DNA of 63,998 nucleotides, the filler included, from Thelocarpon superellum (taxonomy: Eukaryota), in NCBI GenBank assembly GCA_026025795.1. It is 5 parts of 5 records of this genome, joined end to end, with 100 filler letters (N's around TTAATTAATTAA, not from the genome) between each part and the next. Parts side by side here need not be neighbours in the genome. Positions count along the whole stretch, not along the records: positions 53,109 to 63,998 come from JAPEUG010000515.1; 4 more parts are not named here. One strand, written 5' to 3'. Position 1 is the first letter of the stretch. Every line of letters starts with the position of its first letter. Under the pieces are notes generated by a model. It worked only from the letters and a program-made list of their open reading frames with translations, searched no databases and had not been told where the DNA came from. Positions 60,646-63,998 of this stretch are shown piece by piece. The position numbers and the translations under genes are program-made.

Positions 60646-62441
60646 ATGTCACTTCCTGAGGAATCGGCTTCACTCGCCATCGATCCTTCCCCCTCGGGCA
60701 ACCCGGAACTCGGTCCAGCTCCAACGGGGTCCGCACCTGGCCTGGACGCCACTCAACCACCACCTCCGATCGTGCAGGCGCCCATCAATGCCGTCATCGA
60801 TGCGGACCAGAGTGTGCCATCCGCCGTGGTCAATGGCACGCATGCGACCTCGACGCACTCCTTCCCGCATCTGTCCGCCTCGACCGAGGAGATTCTCAAG
60901 CGCGTGAGCCAGTCGACGACCGTGTCGGCGCAACCACGATGGGAAGCGGTGCGCGAACAAGTTCTCCAGAGCATGGTGACCGCGCGCGATCTGCCCGCCC
61001 CGTCGCCCGTGGGACAAGGATCGGGACCGGGGCGAGGACGGGGTCGAGGACGGGGACGAGGACGTGGACGGGGACGGGGACGGGGACGAGGGGGGCGAGC
61101 CGGGGCCAATGCGGTCGTGATGAGCCCGGATCAGCTGAGCACCCCGACATCGACGGCGTCGACGAGGGGACGAGGACGAGGGGGAAGACGAGGCCGGGGA
61201 AGTGCATCGGGTCGCGGGCGCAAGCGGAAGAGGGGTCGAAAGGACTCTGAATCCGAGGAAGAGGAAGAGGAAGAGGAGGAAAAAGACGAGGACGACGGGG
61301 GCATAGACGTGGGGAGCGACATCAGCAGTCAGGTATTGACTCCACCATTTCGATTCTTGCCATTCACCGTCCTGACCATGACCAGCACTCTGCAGGCTCC
61401 GCGCGACTCACCCTGCCCCAACAGACTAAATCCGGACGACGGATCCAAGCCCCGACGCACTTTTCCCCCGTACAGAAGGGACCGACACGGCGCCGAGGAC
61501 CGTCTCGCCGCATGACGGAATCCACCATTTGTCGAGTGTGCGGCCGTGGACATAGCCCTAGCACTAACATGATCGTCTACTGCGATGGCTGCAACACACC
61601 CTATCATCAGTTCTGCCATCGACCCCCGATCGGACCGGAAGCGATCAGCGCCGAGGAGACGGAATGGTTCTGCGTGGCGTGTCGAACTGTGCGAGACGCA
61701 GGAGGGGACATGACCGTCTCGGCAGAATCATCCAGAGCTGAGATTGGGGATGGGAGAGGGGTGGGTGGTGGAGGGGGTGTAGGCGGAGGAGGGATATCCG
61801 AGGATCTGGTGCGTATGCTTCCCCTCATCAAGACGCACAGAGCTGACTGGAGCCAGAAACGAACATATCTGACATCACTCTCTCCATCGACACTGGTGAA
61901 TCTACTCTTGCACGCGTCAACACTGCACCCGGACCTGCCCTTGTTCCCGTTCACACTTCTCTCAGGGGTATCGCAGTCAACATCCACCCTCACGCCTACT
62001 CCCGCGCCAACCTCTCATCTACGTCTGCATTCTCAGGACCGCCACTCACCACACAGCCCGGCTCAGGCTGCTCTCGACCCTGACGCGCGACGTGCACCAG
62101 GAGCGGAGGCAGAAGTGGACGCAAAGCCAGAAAGAGGAGAAGACGGCCAAGAAGCAGGAAAGGAAGGCGAAGAGGACGGAGAAGAGGCGGAACGAAGCAT
62201 CTACCCCGTCCCTGGCACAGGCCTCTCGTCGCATCTGCCGCCCGAGACGGCACCCGAGAATCTGGATTGGCTGGTGGATGAGAATGTCGATGCGGCCTTT
62301 AGTCACGTTATTCATCGGGATGATGGAACGGACAAGGAGAAGGAAAGAGAAAAGGAAGAGGAAAAGAAAATGGAGGGCGTCGGCGAGGGGAAAGGGGAAA
62401 GCGAAACGAGTGGGAAAGTGGAGACGAAGGGTGGGCGATGA
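60646..62441 (+). CDS. PHD-finger chromatin protein with RG-repeat region (Phf1/Phf2-like), multi-exon
   Basis: CRVCGRGHSPSTNMIVYCDGCNTPYHQFCHRPPI..WFCVAC (C4HC3), (GR)n tracts, KRTYLTSLS..LVNLLLHASTLHPDLPLF. Confidence 0.85.
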
Positions 62442-62585
62442 GATGGCATGGTGGCAGAGTGTTGAAGAAGTTGTATATCCATCGAGCATCTCAACAATCA
62501 TACATACAGGCATTCATCCCTTCATTCATTCAAGCGACCACCTTTTATCCACACGGGAGAGAAGAAAAGAGAGGCAGGGAGGGCA

Positions 62586-63998
62586 TCAGACCTTGCCAGC
62601 GAAAATGGCATCGAGATCATCAACACCCTCTTCTTCCGCCGCCGCTTCCTCCTCCTCCTCCTCGTCATCCTCATCGATATATACCGTGTCGGGACGACGC
62701 AGCATCATGCCCTCGAAATCGACGTCATCTTCTTCCTCCTCTTCCTCTCCTAGCTCTTCCAAGTGTTCCACATCGTCCTCGACGTCGATGTTGTCGTCGC
62801 CGGCGCTGTCGACGCCCGCGTCCACCGCCACTTCTGCGCCCACGTTGCCGCGTTCTGTCCCGTCGATGACGACCACTTCCCTTTTCTTTTCTCTCCCCGT
62901 TCCTTTTCCTGGGGAGGGATTGGGTTTGCTGCTTGTAGTGATTGAGGTGGCAGTGGTAGCGGCGGAGCGGGTACGGGCGCGCGTAGCGGTGGCGGCGACG
63001 GCATGGAGAGTAGAGAGGGGAGGCGTAGGTGGCGAGGAACGACGCCCCCCTTCACCGTCACCGTCGCCCTCGCTCGGACCGACAGACGGAGCAGAGCTGG
63101 CGGAGGAAAAGATACTAGCGGGAACGCTGGGCTCGCGACTGCCGAGACGGGAGCTGCGACCCTCAAACATGCCACGGATGGCGCCGTAGTTGATTTTCTT
63201 GCTGAAGCCGCGTCGTTTCATCACGTTCACGACGGCCTCGGCGGGCGTGCTGGCCTGGCTTCCCTCGCCGCCCTCGCCGATGCGTTTCTTCCGATTCCGG
63301 CGTTTCTTGGTGCGCGCCGTGCCCTGCCGTTCTTCCATCTGTGCTTTGAGCAGCTTGCGCTGTTGTTCGCGCAGATAGTCCCGGTTTTCGTGCACCCAGA
63401 TGCGCTCTTTGATGGCTTGTTCGTCCAGCGAGAGCACGCAGTTTTCCACCTCCGGGTCGTCGGCGAATTCGGAGTCGGAGATGTGGCTCGAGTCCGGGAT
63501 CTGCGCGTCGGGACGTCGCGCGAGTGAGAGGGCTTGTGCCGAGGCGAGCGAGGAGGAATATGCCTCGGCGTGTTCTTGCGTCGAGGGGTCGTTCAGGTAT
63601 TGTGAGATTTCTGACTCGAGCGCTTCTTCGATTGCGATGTCGGTGGGAGTCGTGATGGACGGGGGCGGAGGCGGGATGGTGCCGTCTTTGCGTGGTCGGC
63701 CGCGGGGCCGTCTGGGCGGCTCGTTCGACGGAGGTGGGGTGGGATTCGGGTCGGCCGGGGTGGAGCGAGTCCGAGGACGCTTGGATGATGGTTTGGCCAG
63801 GATGGTAGAAGGAGATGACGATGGTGCTGATGAGGAGGCGCCGATCCCGAGTTCCGACATGGCGCGGTTGGATGCAGAGATGAGAGAGGGATCGATGGGA
63901 ATCTCGGGAATGGCGTAGCCGTCTTTATCGCGACGGATCGTCGTCGTCTGGATTGATTGATCCTCTTGCTCTCCGCCTTTCACCACTCCTTCCCCCTC
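62586..63998 (-). CDS. BRF1: TFIIIB subunit Brf1, C-terminal part (5' end outside the window)
   Basis: EFADDPEVENCVLS..IKERIWVHENRDYLREQQ and TPAEAV..RRGFSKKINY match the Brf1 TBP-binding homology regions. Confidence 0.88.
   Translation of the reverse strand, partial: EGEGVVKGGEQEDQSIQTTTIRRDKDGYAIPEIPIDPSLISASNRAMSELGIGASSSAPSSSPSTILAKPSSKRPRTRSTPADPNPTPPPSNEPPRRPRGRPRKDGTIPPPPPSITTPTDIAIEEALESEISQYLNDPSTQEHAEAYSSSLASAQALSLARRPDAQIPDSSHISDSEFADDPEVENCVLSLDEQAIKERIWVHENRDYLREQQRKLLKAQMEERQGTARTKKRRNRKKRIGEGGEGSQASTPAEAVVNVMKRRGFSKKINYGAIRGMFEGRSSRLGSREPSVPASIFSSASSAPSVGPSEGDGDGEGGRRSSPPTPPLSTLHAVAATATRARTRSAATTATSITTSSKPNPSPGKGTGREKKREVVVIDGTERGNVGAEVAVDAGVDSAGDDNIDVEDDVEHLEELGEEEEEEDDVDFEGMMLRRPDTVYIDEDDEEEEEEAAAEEEGVDDLDAIFAGKV

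Noticed and set aside
11418..61856. Excess of 3n stop-free introns (SFB3, LAP3, Seg1-like, kinesin, PHD)
   Set aside because: About six among several dozen short GC-rich introns is compatible with chance.

Overview
GC-rich, gene-dense nuclear DNA of a filamentous ascomycete (Pezizomycotina-type genes, short GT-AG introns of mostly about 45-60 nt). The window is not contiguous. It is five contigs (13356, 13114, 13132, 13106 and at least 10890 bp) joined by identical artificial 100-bp linkers (N44-TTAATTAATTAA-N44), so neighbourhood across the linkers means nothing. Contig 1 starts with a (CCCTAA)n telomere, and the stop codon of the housekeeping gene TPS2 lies only about 280 bp from it. There is no conventional subtelomere, only a short spacer packed with hairpins, one containing a telomere-like seed. 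Other genes: Ser/Thr-rich secreted protein, MFS monocarboxylate transporter, SFB3/Sec24-family, WD40 (WDR62/MAPKBP1-like), RRG9, RGP1, ATP5, MOB1, SPO22/ZIP4, btgC, LAP3 bleomycin hydrolase, a large disordered Seg1/Msc3-like protein, ECM25-like RhoGAP, an orphan with VTAPP repeats behind a degenerate tandem array, MET6, CIA1, a steroid 5-alpha reductase family gene, a kinesin, an acidic protein, a CoA-transferase III, a PHD-finger protein and BRF1. Mobile DNA: two copies of a 136-bp TG..CA element with target-site duplications (probable tiny solo LTR) and a Fot1/pogo-like end at a contig break. The motif TACGAGTA recurs, and every copy found is intergenic. All calls are from reading the sequence by eye; no searches were run.
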